A DNA stretch of 32,000 nucleotides from Candidatus Methanoperedens sp. (GTDB taxonomy: Archaea > Halobacteriota > Methanosarcinia > Methanosarcinales > Methanoperedenaceae), in contig JAPZAR010000025.1 of the NCBI GenBank assembly GCA_027460535.1, positions 60,001 to 92,000 on the forward strand. Reading direction: 5' to 3'. Made by a program: the position numbers and the translations under genes. How positions within the stretch are numbered: position 1 is the stretch's first letter; every line of letters starts with the position of its first letter. Below, piece by piece: positions 7,884 through 17,770 of the stretch. Below the pieces are notes generated by a model, which made no database searches, had not been told where the DNA came from, and saw nothing but the letters and a program-made list of their open reading frames with translations.

Positions 7884-9830
7884 TCATTCCCTTTCCTTCA
7901 CTAATATCTCCACAACCGAAGGGTCAGCGAGGGTTGTGGTATCCCCAAGCTGGTCTATATCTCCAGATGCTATTTTCCTGAGTATCCGCCTCATGATTTT
8001 TCCCGATCTTGTCTTGGGAAGGGCATCGGCAAACTGCAATTTTTCAGGTTTTGCTATTGGACCTATCTCATTCCTGACATGGTTAACGAGTTCTTGCTTC
8101 AATTCCTTGTTCTTCCAGACACCTTCTTTAAGCGTGACAAAGGCATAGATCGCTTCCCCTTTTATCTCGTGAGGATATCCTACCACGGCAGCCTCTGCCA
8201 CTGCAGAATGTGATACAAGAGAACTTTCTATCTCTGCCGGCCCGAGCCTGTGCCCTGAGACCTTTATTACATCATCTATCCTTCCCATGATCCAGAAATA
8301 CCCGTCCTCGTCTTTTCTGGCGCTGTCACCGGTATTGTACATTCCGGGGAACTGTGTGAAATATGTCTCCTTGAATCGCGCATGGTTGCCGTAGACCGTC
8401 CGCATCATTCCCGGCCACGGTTTCCTTATCACGAGCAGACCACCTTCGTTAACGTTCGCTTCATTGCCATCCGGCCGCAGAACCACGGGCTCAATCCCCG
8501 GGAAAGGGACAGTGGCCGAGCTGGGCTTGAGAGGAATGGCACCCGGAAGAGGTGAAATCAGGATGCCGCCGGTCTCGGTCTGCCACCATGTGTCAACGAT
8601 CGGGCATTTACTATTCCCGATGACATTGTAATACCACATCCAGGCTTCCGGATTTATCGGTTCACCAACAGTTCCGAGAAGACGGAGGCTTGAAAGATCT
8701 CTTCCTTTCGGCCAATTATCACCGCATCTTTCTATTGCTCTGATGGCAGTGGGAGATGTATAGAAGATCGTGACCTTGTATTTTTCCACGAGTTCCCAGT
8801 ATCTGTCAGGCTGCGGATAATTCGGCACCCCCTCAAACATCAGACTCGTAGCACCCGATGCAAGTGGTCCATACACCAGATAGCTGTGACCTGTTATCCA
8901 GCCGCAATCCGCCGTGCACCAGTATAAATCCTCTTCGCGATAATCGAAAATCCATTTAAACGTCAGCATTACATACAGCAAGTAACCGCCTGTTGTATGC
9001 AGCACACCTTTTGGCTTGCCTGTGCTTCCGCTTGTGTAAAGGATAAATAGCGGGTCTTCGGCATCCATGATCTCGGGTTCGCATTCCCCGGAAGCGGTAT
9101 TCATCTCCTCATGCCACCAGAAATCCCTGCCCTGTTTCATGCCGATCTCTATTCCAGCGCGGTTGTAAACAATCACGCTCTCCATAGTGTTATCAATTGC
9201 CCTATCAACGTTCTCTTTAAGAGGTATAGTCTTTCCCGACCTGAAACTCGCGTCCGCAGTGATCACCATTTTACAGGAACTATCCTGTATTCGTCCGCGA
9301 AGCGATTCAGCGCTGAATCCCGCAAAAATAACATTGTGGATGGCGCCTATTCTCGCGCATGCAAGCATCGAGATAACAAGTTGTGGTATCATAGGTAAAT
9401 AAATTGCAACCCTGTCGCCTTTTTTAATACCTCTTTTTTTCAGGACATTTGCGAACCTGCATACTTCATGATATAATTTTCTGTAAGTGTACGTTTCAGT
9501 GTCTCCCGGCTCACCCTCCCAGAGAAGAGCAAGTCTATCCCCACGCGTTGAAAGATGCCTGTCGAGGCAGTTATAGGATGCATTTAACTTTCCGCCTTCG
9601 AACCACCTGCATATCACGTTCTCGTGATCCCAGAAATAGACTCTATCCCATTTTTTAAACCAGGAAAGTTCTTGCGCTTTTTGACTCCAGAAAAAAGCTG
9701 GGTCTTTAATGGAGCTGTCATATATCCGTCTATAGTCATCGATGCTATTTATATGGGCTTTTTTCCCGAATTCCGCGGGTGGATAGAATAAACGCTTTTC
9801 TTCCAGTAATGATTCGATAGTTTCATCCAT
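7884..9830 (-). CDS. acs: Acetyl-CoA synthetase (acetate--CoA ligase, AMP-forming)
   Basis: Motifs [24 protein letters not shown] and [11 protein letters not shown]. The first ATG at 9830 gives the usual N-terminus MDETIESLL...YPP...; the track start at 9857 is a GTG without an SD. Confidence 0.95.
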   Translation of the reverse strand: MDETIESLLEEKRLFYPPAEFGKKAHINSIDDYRRIYDSSIKDPAFFWSQKAQELSWFKKWDRVYFWDHENVICRWFEGGKLNASYNCLDRHLSTRGDRLALLWEGEPGDTETYTYRKLYHEVCRFANVLKKRGIKKGDRVAIYLPMIPQLVISMLACARIGAIHNVIFAGFSAESLRGRIQDSSCKMVITADASFRSGKTIPLKENVDRAIDNTMESVIVYNRAGIEIGMKQGRDFWWHEEMNTASGECEPEIMDAEDPLFILYTSGSTGKPKGVLHTTGGYLLYVMLTFKWIFDYREEDLYWCTADCGWITGHSYLVYGPLASGATSLMFEGVPNYPQPDRYWELVEKYKVTIFYTSPTAIRAIERCGDNWPKGRDLSSLRLLGTVGEPINPEAWMWYYNVIGNSKCPIVDTWWQTETGGILISPLPGAIPLKPSSATVPFPGIEPVVLRPDGNEANVNEGGLLVIRKPWPGMMRTVYGNHARFKETYFTQFPGMYNTGDSARKDEDGYFWIMGRIDDVIKVSGHRLGPAEIESSLVSHSAVAEAAVVGYPHEIKGEAIYAFVTLKEGVWKNKELKQELVNHVRNEIGPIAKPEKLQFADALPKTRSGKIMRRILRKIASGDIDQLGDTTTLADPSVVEILVKERE

Positions 9831-9898
9831 TTTCAGGCTCACATAGCATAATTTCACATGGTAATTAAAATAGGTTGTGAAAAGAAAAAGTCAATCTA

Positions 9899-12481
9899 TC
9901 AACCTAAATCAAGAGTCAATGTATGGCCCTCAAGAACATCCAGTTCACTGACTCCTATTTGTTTTGACACATTGCCTGTTGTCAATGTATATGGACCGGT
10001 AGGTTGGGTATCAAACTGAGTGTCTCCTTTATCCCCCGGGAAAAAGCAGCCAGTACATTCAAAACTTCCGGAGATCATGTCCTTTGTCGAATATGGGACT
10101 GTAAAGGCGTATGTGCCATTGGACGATGTCGTTTGTGAATATTGAATTGTTCTTCCTATATTGGTCTTTATGGTATTTGTCAGGGTAATCGTTGTATCAG
10201 GGGGTGCCCTTCCTGTGATTATCGCACCTTTGACATATTCAAATATCTTGGCATACCCTGAATTCTCTACAGGTATATTGCCCTTGTATAAGAGATTATA
10301 CATGTTCTTATATTGTGCTTCCTGATTCCCTCCTGAAGAATACGGGTTGGGTGTGGATTCGTGCACCAGCCGGTAATGGCTTAAACCATTTGTATCAAAT
10401 ATGTGGAGTTTAGCTTCCATCGTGTTGAAATATTTCATCGAGGGGGCGTATATGGTGCCCTGGGACGATTGAACTGGTATATAGTAATCCTGATCTGTAT
10501 TATCCCATTCCGCAAAAACGGTGAGGATCGCATATGCCATATAGGCATTGCTCACCACATATCTCGCTCCTGGCTCTCCGTTGATTCCCAGTTTGTCAAG
10601 GACTTCATTTGCTTTTTCTTCGGTAGGTGCAATCAAAAAAGTAGATGCTCCGGGATTGTGTGCTGATCCGCCACCGATTCCTGCCTGGAATGGGTTTGCG
10701 TTCGGGATCCTGTGTGCCCAGTACGTGATGATATGTCCATAATCCCACCAGCTCATGACCCCGTAATCGTTGCTGGAATAATTATATAGCTGGCTGTCAG
10801 GCGGTCGGGTGTAAATCGAATTATAGGGCAGATCGGGCGCTGGCGTATTATATCTCATCCAGTTAAGCGCATCATACCATTCATAATATCCGGAGGAAAC
10901 GGCTCCCCACTGGGAAGTTTGCATAGTGACCTCATATGGAGAAGATCCCAGAGGCAGGAATCCGATCACTGCAATGATAATAAATAAAGATAAAATATGC
11001 TGTATCCTTATTTTTTTCAAGCCTTCTATAACGTCGTTCGTGCCGAAGTTTTTCCAGTCACCAAAGTCAAGGACTTTCGACCCTATGAAACCTAAAAGTA
11101 TCGCAACATTCACCGCATAATAGTATGCAAATCTGTTCTGAGCCAGCATTATGGACAGGACGAAAATACTCCAGACAGCCAATAATGTGTGCTCGGCCCT
11201 GGAATTCCTGAATATATAATAGCAAAGGGCCAGAATTGCAAAATATGAGAGATAATAATTATAACCGAAATTTCCCTGCGCCATTTCCGGCGTCAAGGGC
11301 GAAGCTTCTGCTATAGTCAATCCCCCACCGGCTCTTCCTTGAAATATAAAATTCAGGCTGCCTATCGTAGAACCATAAAGATTCGGCAGAAATATTTTTG
11401 TAAAAATTATTAAAATTAGAATCAGGCCAATAACAAATACTAAATAATTCAGTCCGCTATATTCCCGTTTGTTCATTTCCCTGGAAACAAGACTCAAAAA
11501 GCCGAATATTAATGCACCTCCACCTGTTACTGTGAGATGCAAAAGAGAATAATGCCCTGAGTCAAATCCATTGCTCAATTCAACATACGGCAACACCATT
11601 ATCATTGCGACCAAATAAGCGATAATTCCAACAATACCAAGGTATTCTGTGGACCTCCCTTTGAAATGGTCAATAATATATTGAACAATAACAAAAATGC
11701 CAAAAACAACGGCAAAAAACACACCATTTGACCAGTTGAGAAGATATGCTCCGAAGGATATGCCGGCAAGAAGAGAATATAATATGGGTGTTTTAAGAGC
11801 CGCCCAGTCCTTTTTCAGCCAGTGGTCGAAAGTAATGTTCTCTGATTTTTTGATAGCGAATACGAAAAACATCATCATCAATGATAAATAGAAAACCTCG
11901 GCCACATGGTTATCAGTAAACCCAAGAACCGATCTTGAAAGCCATTGTCCGGGCAGTATTGCTATTAAAAAAGCTCCAAGCAGTCCTGCCTTTTCATCAA
12001 GTAGTTCCTTGCCTATGAAATATACCGGGAATACCGTGAGAGCGCCCAGCACAGCAGGAAAGAATGCGCCGACCGTATCGATAGTTGATTGAGGCGGCAT
12101 TCCTCCGTGCATGATGAGACCGGCCATGATGGCAAGAAAGGCTATCATTTGGTCAAATAGTGGGCCCCAGTGTAAATGAAACCCGTTTGGATAGTAAGTG
12201 AATGCATCATAAAAAATTCGATGCGGGAAGAACTGGATCGTGTTCTCCACGAGCCTCATATGGAAAACCGAATCGTCAGCGGCAAAACCCACTATCCCTC
12301 TCTGGAAAACAGTTTTTATGGGAGTTATCCCTCTTATATAAAATGAGAATAGGAATATCCCGAAGAGTATGACATAGGAAAGATGTTTTGCAGTGAACCT
12401 GCCACTCTCAATTATTTTTGTTTCGTTTCTTTTTTCAAGGGTTTTTTCCTTATACTTTTTGTTCGGTTTTGCTTTGGCCAA
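9899..12481 (-). CDS. aglB: Archaeal oligosaccharyltransferase AglB (STT3 family)
   Basis: 860 aa, about 13 TM helices, catalytic WWDYG motif (VMSWWDYGHIITYW). The only canonical start upstream of TM1 is TTG at 12481-12479, preceded by GAGGTG (12491-12486) at 4 nt. Confidence 0.93.
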   Translation of the reverse strand: MAKAKPNKKYKEKTLEKRNETKIIESGRFTAKHLSYVILFGIFLFSFYIRGITPIKTVFQRGIVGFAADDSVFHMRLVENTIQFFPHRIFYDAFTYYPNGFHLHWGPLFDQMIAFLAIMAGLIMHGGMPPQSTIDTVGAFFPAVLGALTVFPVYFIGKELLDEKAGLLGAFLIAILPGQWLSRSVLGFTDNHVAEVFYLSLMMMFFVFAIKKSENITFDHWLKKDWAALKTPILYSLLAGISFGAYLLNWSNGVFFAVVFGIFVIVQYIIDHFKGRSTEYLGIVGIIAYLVAMIMVLPYVELSNGFDSGHYSLLHLTVTGGGALIFGFLSLVSREMNKREYSGLNYLVFVIGLILILIIFTKIFLPNLYGSTIGSLNFIFQGRAGGGLTIAEASPLTPEMAQGNFGYNYYLSYFAILALCYYIFRNSRAEHTLLAVWSIFVLSIMLAQNRFAYYYAVNVAILLGFIGSKVLDFGDWKNFGTNDVIEGLKKIRIQHILSLFIIIAVIGFLPLGSSPYEVTMQTSQWGAVSSGYYEWYDALNWMRYNTPAPDLPYNSIYTRPPDSQLYNYSSNDYGVMSWWDYGHIITYWAHRIPNANPFQAGIGGGSAHNPGASTFLIAPTEEKANEVLDKLGINGEPGARYVVSNAYMAYAILTVFAEWDNTDQDYYIPVQSSQGTIYAPSMKYFNTMEAKLHIFDTNGLSHYRLVHESTPNPYSSGGNQEAQYKNMYNLLYKGNIPVENSGYAKIFEYVKGAIITGRAPPDTTITLTNTIKTNIGRTIQYSQTTSSNGTYAFTVPYSTKDMISGSFECTGCFFPGDKGDTQFDTQPTGPYTLTTGNVSKQIGVSELDVLEGHTLTLDLG

Positions 12482-12653
12482 AGTACACCTCAGGGCTTGG
12501 TTATAAGTGGATGTCGCGATTAATAAAGATTATGGAAATTGGAATTTCAGAACATTTTCTGTTATCAGCCAAAATTGAACAAGTAACAACGGATATTTAT
12601 ATTTTGTAATCATTGGATTGAAAATGACACAAATGTTTGAAAAGGCAACTTAA

Positions 12654-13055
12654 ATGATTAAACTATCAGCCCACATCGTCTCCCGGGGAAGAGCCGAAGG
12701 AGAAGCACTTGTCACTTTTCAGCCAATCTCGTTTCTGGGCAGCATCGATCCAAAAACAGGCATTGTGACAGAAAAAGGCCATGAACTTGAAGGAAAGAGC
12801 ATAGAAGGTAAAGTGCTGGTATTCCCGGGGGGAAAAGGCTCAACCGTAGGGTCCTATGTGATATACCAGCTGAAAAAGAACGGCCATGCACCATCTGCCA
12901 TGATAAATGTCAGGACAGAGCCTATCGTGGCCGTGGGAGCCATTATATCCGATATACCTCTTGTGGACAGGCTGGAAAAGAATCCCATCACTACTATAAA
13001 GACGGGGGATAAGGTTTTAGTGAATGCGATTGTAGGGAGTGTGGAGATACTATGA
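12654..13055 (+). CDS. DUF126 / aconitase-X swivel-domain protein (small subunit type, as in phosphomevalonate dehydratase)
   Basis: 133 aa. GRAEGEALV...ISFLGSIDPKTGIV...GKVLVFPGGKGSTVGSYVIYQLKKNGHAPSAMI is typical of DUF126. Confidence 0.8.
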   Translation: MIKLSAHIVSRGRAEGEALVTFQPISFLGSIDPKTGIVTEKGHELEGKSIEGKVLVFPGGKGSTVGSYVIYQLKKNGHAPSAMINVRTEPIVAVGAIISDIPLVDRLEKNPITTIKTGDKVLVNAIVGSVEIL

Positions 13056-13270
13056 ACGATGAGAAAGGTTTTATGGAAATAAAAATGAGCTCTGGCTGGT
13101 TCATGACAATATCGCTTCAGAAAAGCGACAGGTTCGAAGAAGAGAAGGAATATGTGGAAATTGCCAAGGAAAGGGGCGGTCAGAAGCAGCGAAGGTTCAA
13201 TATAAACCCCAAGTATGTAAGGGCGCTGGGCGAAGCGCTTGTAAAATTCGCGGATGAGAATAAACTCTAA
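13052..13270 (+). CDS. Small hypothetical protein (72 aa), translationally coupled to the DUF126 gene
   Basis: ATGA start/stop overlap at 13052-13055. Charged, plausible coding composition. No family recognised. Confidence 0.5.
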   Translation: MNDEKGFMEIKMSSGWFMTISLQKSDRFEEEKEYVEIAKERGGQKQRRFNINPKYVRALGEALVKFADENKL

Positions 13271-13347
13271 TACATTCTGCCTCATGCCTAACATCGACTT
13301 ATTCTTTATGAAGTGCGACGGCTGGGCGTGGTGATGTACCTGTGCTT

Positions 13348-15051
13348 TCAGTTTACACTCGCCATGACATCATAGCGGGTGATATAGAGGTACATCATAG
13401 TGGTATCTGAAGTCATTTCTGTGTAGTTCTGTAAGGCTTCATCATAGTGGATCGCCTGATTGTTCTTGAGTTTGAACTCCTTTCCGACTATTGCGCCAAA
13501 TACTTCCATATCATTCTCAAGCTCTATTTTAGAATACGGTGCCCATATAAAACCCCGGTAATCCACATTATTATGGATGGTTATATCCTGGGATGATGAA
13601 GTGATGACTTGGAATAGATATGATTTGTCATTGTTGGTGGGATTTATTAATGCATTATTATTTAAATCTAATTTCTCGTTCAGGTATATTCTTACATGAT
13701 AACTGCCTCTCACATTGATATTTGCATTATTTGACACTTTTAAATCGTGAGACTCAATCGCCATATTAACTGCACCTGAGGTTGTATCAAGTATCAGGAC
13801 ACTCTTGTCACCCAGATCAAATTTCTCGAGATAATAGTTTCCGGTGTAAATTACGCATTCAGGATTATTATCGCTATTTTTTTTCCAGTCAGAATTATTC
13901 GAGTATTTACCATCTAATGTTCTGTTCCCTGCATCCCTGAGACAAGTTGATGCAAGATTATTGTTTGTGGCTTGGTACTCATTTAACTTGCTCTGCACAA
14001 GGCTTGTTGTGCTCCCGAGACTTAATCCTTCCACAGGTCCATATTCCATTCCCAATACATCGACATAGTCAAAGCTATTGGCATAGGCATCTTTTGTTAT
14101 CGTGCCTTTCCCTGTAATATCGCCGTGGGTCATAGCATTCCCTTTCACAATTGCATGGTCATCCATTTTTATTTCAGCGGTTGCACGGATGCTTCCATTT
14201 TCGGATTTGCTGGAACTGTAAGGCCCTTTGGAGGAATTATAGCTGTCTGATATTGCATTATTTTTCATTTCTATCTTCTTTGAGGCAAGTGCCCCATAGA
14301 AAAAGTTGGTGACAACCGGCTGGGTTTGAAGAGACAAAACCACTTTTTTTTCATCCGGAACCTCTTTTACTGTTGCCAAAGTTATGCTCCTGAAATAATC
14401 TGCCCATCCATCATAATACTCACTCTTCAGAGTGATAGTAACCTGCGTTACGTTCTTAGAAAGGGGATTCGGGAAAGTGGCGTTTGGACATATTATCTGT
14501 GCCTCTCCTCTCTTCTCTACATTAAGGGTTGAAGTTCCCTTGCCCCCCGAAGAATAATTCCCAGTAATATTCACAATAGGAAAAGTCAGGGTGACTCCGT
14601 TATAATTAAACTCAGGTGGGGAGAGCATAACGCTTCCTGCCGGATATTTGCTCCAGACACCGCCTCCTTCGTATGCGACTTCTCTATCTCCATTCCTGTA
14701 GACTATTTTCCCCATGGGTATTGTTACTGGGATTATTGCGCCTGTGTCCATCTTGAATTCAATTAAGACATAGCTCTGCGCAGATGATGAATTAGGTTGA
14801 ATAGACACAGAACCTCCGCCCGGATTAACGTCAATGATCTGCCTCGGTGCTTCCCCCAATGCCACCCTGCTTACGCGTGAGTCCAGCATCGTATATGTCT
14901 GCTCCATATTTTGCACATTTGCCCTCTCCTCAAGTTGGTAGATCACAGGAACACCCACAAGTGTTATCATGGATATTCCTGTAACAGTTATGCCTAATAT
15001 GATGACATGGCCTACAACCTCTACTGCTGCCTTTTCCGATCCGGGGAACAT
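13348..15051 (-). CDS. Large type IV pilin-like protein (pilin-like 8) with a C-terminal beta-solenoid-like extension; candidate tip or adhesin subunit
   Basis: 567 aa. N-terminus MFPGSEKA|AVEVVGHVIILGITVTGISMITLV is a class III signal. The N-domain is paralogous to the upstream gene. The C-terminal roughly 300 aa are Asn/Ser/Gly-rich and end IWAPYSKIELENDMEVFGAIVGKEFKLKNNQAIHYDEAL. GGAGA SD; the ATG overlaps the upstream TAA by 1 nt. Confidence 0.8.
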   Translation of the reverse strand: MFPGSEKAAVEVVGHVIILGITVTGISMITLVGVPVIYQLEERANVQNMEQTYTMLDSRVSRVALGEAPRQIIDVNPGGGSVSIQPNSSSAQSYVLIEFKMDTGAIIPVTIPMGKIVYRNGDREVAYEGGGVWSKYPAGSVMLSPPEFNYNGVTLTFPIVNITGNYSSGGKGTSTLNVEKRGEAQIICPNATFPNPLSKNVTQVTITLKSEYYDGWADYFRSITLATVKEVPDEKKVVLSLQTQPVVTNFFYGALASKKIEMKNNAISDSYNSSKGPYSSSKSENGSIRATAEIKMDDHAIVKGNAMTHGDITGKGTITKDAYANSFDYVDVLGMEYGPVEGLSLGSTTSLVQSKLNEYQATNNNLASTCLRDAGNRTLDGKYSNNSDWKKNSDNNPECVIYTGNYYLEKFDLGDKSVLILDTTSGAVNMAIESHDLKVSNNANINVRGSYHVRIYLNEKLDLNNNALINPTNNDKSYLFQVITSSSQDITIHNNVDYRGFIWAPYSKIELENDMEVFGAIVGKEFKLKNNQAIHYDEALQNYTEMTSDTTMMYLYITRYDVMASVN

Positions 15052-15836
15052 TATTCAATCTCCGTTACCATATCAGTATTCAGTATATAGACATCCAGAT
15101 TTGGCGTGGCATTTAACCGGGCAGTATAAGGGCCTCCAATTTGAATATCCCATTTCATCGTGTTATTGAGGTAATTCCTCCATCCAGAAACATAATCTCC
15201 CGTGATAGTAATGGTAACGCTGCTCACATTGCTCCAAAAAGTGACACCGGGCTCCCCTTCTGCCCTGATCCTGCTCAAACCGTTGCCGCCAACACTGTAA
15301 TTTCCGTTTATCCTGACAACAGGTATGACAAGCTTATTGTTCTGTTTATTAATCATCGGCTTGTAAGCATTCAAAACAACGCCATTGGGATATTTTATCC
15401 AGACGCCGGTGCTTTCGTACGCAACAATAGTATCTCCTATGGAATTTTGGATGTTGCCCATCTGCTCGGAATACAGGGTTGTTTCTTCATTACCGGGTTT
15501 GGTCAAATTGTACCATGTCACATTGATTTTAATAGTACTTCCCCTTCCAACGCTCAGCCGCCCCCCATATAGCTTCAGTTCCAGCATCCTGGAAGGGGCC
15601 TGTCCGAGCGCAACCTTATTTAAGTTCTCACCCACTACAACAAAACTCTGCCTGGTATTTTCAACGTAACTGCTTTCCTGGGCATTTCTCAATACGGGAT
15701 ATCCAGCTACACCTATAATACTCAACGAAAGCAGAATGATCCCGGTGATCGATATGTAATCCAAAACCTCAGCTACTGCATCCTCCGACTTCAGGAAATA
15801 CTCGTTTTTGGATATATCTCTTGCTGATGGCATCAT
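15051..15836 (-). CDS. Type IV pilin-like protein (pilin-like 7), paralog of the N-domain of the 567-aa protein
   Basis: 261 aa. Class III signal KSEDA|VAEVLDYISITGIILLSLSIIGVAGY. Shared blocks with 13348-15051: KVALGQAPSR / RVALGEAPRQ and VAYESTGVWIKYPNG / VAYEGGGVWSKYPAG, plus the NGNYSVGG/TGNYSSGG regions. Confidence 0.8.
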   Translation of the reverse strand: MMPSARDISKNEYFLKSEDAVAEVLDYISITGIILLSLSIIGVAGYPVLRNAQESSYVENTRQSFVVVGENLNKVALGQAPSRMLELKLYGGRLSVGRGSTIKINVTWYNLTKPGNEETTLYSEQMGNIQNSIGDTIVAYESTGVWIKYPNGVVLNAYKPMINKQNNKLVIPVVRINGNYSVGGNGLSRIRAEGEPGVTFWSNVSSVTITITGDYVSGWRNYLNNTMKWDIQIGGPYTARLNATPNLDVYILNTDMVTEIE

Positions 15837-15874
15837 TCATCCAAAAATAATGGAACTCTCAGATCGTGCTTTTC

Positions 15875-16351
15875 CTATTGTTCCTCTATATTAATGCTAT
15901 CAGTGCTACTATTGTAGTAAAGTATATAATTTTCGGCACCACTGTATATTTTTCTTCCAATAAAATTCACAGATGTATTGAAAGGAATCACTACTTTAGC
16001 CCCGTTTTCCGCTTCAATGATTATCTCATAAGAAGAATTGGTTATATTCATCGCATAGCTTTTACCTGCTATCGATTGTGATACTGGAAACTCATATTCA
16101 AGTGAATTAACACTTCCACCATAGGATTTGGTCACATTGACCATGGTATCCATGTTAGTAATCTTGATGGCAAGCCCACTTCCTATTATCCTGAAGCTCT
16201 CCGTCATGGCAGACTTTTCAGTACGCTGTGAAAGGGTGTAGAAAGAGATAATAAGTGCAGAAAATATCAAGACAGTAATTGCAAGCATAAGCATGAAACC
16301 AATTGAAATTGATACGGCATCATTATTTTTAAGAATCTTCCTAAATATCAT
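15875..16351 (-). CDS. Type IV pilin-like protein (pilin-like 6)
   Basis: 158 aa. MIFRKILKNNDA|VSISIGFMLMLAITVLIFSALII. GGTGA SD 4 nt upstream of the ATG. Confidence 0.8.
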   Translation of the reverse strand: MIFRKILKNNDAVSISIGFMLMLAITVLIFSALIISFYTLSQRTEKSAMTESFRIIGSGLAIKITNMDTMVNVTKSYGGSVNSLEYEFPVSQSIAGKSYAMNITNSSYEIIIEAENGAKVVIPFNTSVNFIGRKIYSGAENYILYYNSSTDSINIEEQ

Positions 16352-16355
16352 GACT

Positions 16356-17177
16356 TCACCACGGCACTGAAATTGGAATCGTAATATTGGCGCGTATTTT
16401 GCTTGTGGAAAGAATTACCGTGGCATTCAGAATATAATCGCGGGCTCTGGTGAAATTTCTGCCGTAAGAGGTATTGCCTATGATTTTGAACCTGCCCCCG
16501 GCGTTCGAGCCATTCAAGAACGTGATCCTGGTAATATTGGCACCAACATTTGTAGTGAAGTTGTATGAACCATTTAGTAGACTGATATTGGAATAATTCA
16601 CGCCATAGTAACGGACAAAGCCGCTTGCATTTTTTATGCTTATATTGTTGGGAGAATTCAATTTCATGGACCATAGAAATACGCTTGTTGATTGATTGCT
16701 TACATTCACCTCGAAATATGAACCTGAAACATTTCTTAATTCAAATACATATATTCCTCTGGCGCTCTCCATTATGGTCCAGTTTGTCGCGCCGCTCGCA
16801 GTCCCATTATCTGTGAAATTGGCAAGGCGACTATTATTCCAATTGCTTATATCCTGGCTTAAGTTTACGATCTCCCCGTGAAGCACATAACTCTTTTGCA
16901 GGTTTGCACTGAAATTTCGGATTTGATTACTGAAATTCATCTGGCTATCATTTCCCCCTAATTCGGTTGCATTTCTGTATGCGCTTCTTACCCCATCTTT
17001 TGAAACAATCATCAGATTTACCATATCGTTCTTTGAAAACTCATTTCCTGCTCCAATTGCCATGTTGAACTCGAATATGACACTGCCGAGCATCACCGTG
17101 GTTATAACCAGGCCAATAGCTATGATGAAAGACGCCAGAAGCATGAATTGGGCATCGCGGTTTTCTATTATCCCCAT
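16356..17177 (-). CDS. Type IV pilin-like protein (pilin-like 5), hyper-rich in N-glycosylation sequons
   Basis: MGIIENRDA|QFMLLASFIIAIGLVITTVML. GGAGGA at 17187-17182 favours ATG 17177 over the ORF-track ATG 17189. I count about 24 N-x-S/T sequons by hand. Confidence 0.8.
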   Translation of the reverse strand: MGIIENRDAQFMLLASFIIAIGLVITTVMLGSVIFEFNMAIGAGNEFSKNDMVNLMIVSKDGVRSAYRNATELGGNDSQMNFSNQIRNFSANLQKSYVLHGEIVNLSQDISNWNNSRLANFTDNGTASGATNWTIMESARGIYVFELRNVSGSYFEVNVSNQSTSVFLWSMKLNSPNNISIKNASGFVRYYGVNYSNISLLNGSYNFTTNVGANITRITFLNGSNAGGRFKIIGNTSYGRNFTRARDYILNATVILSTSKIRANITIPISVPW

Positions 17178-17770
17178 CACGTCCTCCATAGAAAAAGCCT
17201 GATATCCACTATATTTTTAAGATTGGTGGAGGGATCAATATCCTTTATCGGATTGGCAGGATTAAAAACATCACTGTTGTGCAATACGATTTTCCTGGAT
17301 ACTATTACAACGTTATTCGATGGGACACCTGCGTATATCCATTCTTCCGGGGCCGATGATACTGTAATGTTATCTGAAATAAAGAGAGAAGAGATCTCCA
17401 CCTTGTGGGCTATGCCCTGCCTGCCTAACGTCGCGCTCAAGATCCCTGTCAGGTTATTTACAAGGCTGGTTGCATTACGTGGATCGTTGGTATTTTCCAA
17501 ATACTTTGTACCATTCCACACATATTGCTCTCCAGTCCAATTTAAGATATCATTTTTGAGATTTGAATTATACCCAGGCTCTGTATAATCCAGCGTGTTC
17601 AAAATATCCTGGCCCATTACTGCAAGCTCAGTGTCCATATGCACATTTGAGGTTGACGAGGTCAGAGGCGTCATCGAGGTCGCATCTATTGCATATATAA
17701 TTACCATAAGCAGGAGCGTTGTGGCAACCACTCCCTCGAGTGTATGCATCTGGGCTTTTTCATCTAACAT
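17177..17770 (-). CDS. Type IV pilin-like protein (pilin-like 4)
   Basis: MLDEKA|QMHTLEGVVATTLLLMVIIYAI. A GAGG SD favours ATG 17770 (1-nt overlap, TAATG, with the upstream stop) over 17776. Confidence 0.8.
   Translation of the reverse strand: MLDEKAQMHTLEGVVATTLLLMVIIYAIDATSMTPLTSSTSNVHMDTELAVMGQDILNTLDYTEPGYNSNLKNDILNWTGEQYVWNGTKYLENTNDPRNATSLVNNLTGILSATLGRQGIAHKVEISSLFISDNITVSSAPEEWIYAGVPSNNVVIVSRKIVLHNSDVFNPANPIKDIDPSTNLKNIVDIRLFLWRT

Noticed and set aside
12854-13294. 146-aa minus-strand ORF covering the DUF126 3' end and the 72-aa ORF.
   Set aside because: It is opposite a recognisable DUF126 gene, has no signature, and the plus-strand pair shows ATGA coupling.
16348-16674. 108-aa His/Gln/Trp/Cys-rich ORF in another frame on the same strand as pilin-like 5.
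   Set aside because: It is an alternative frame inside a gene whose own frame carries the class III signal and the sequon pattern. It has no independent start signal.
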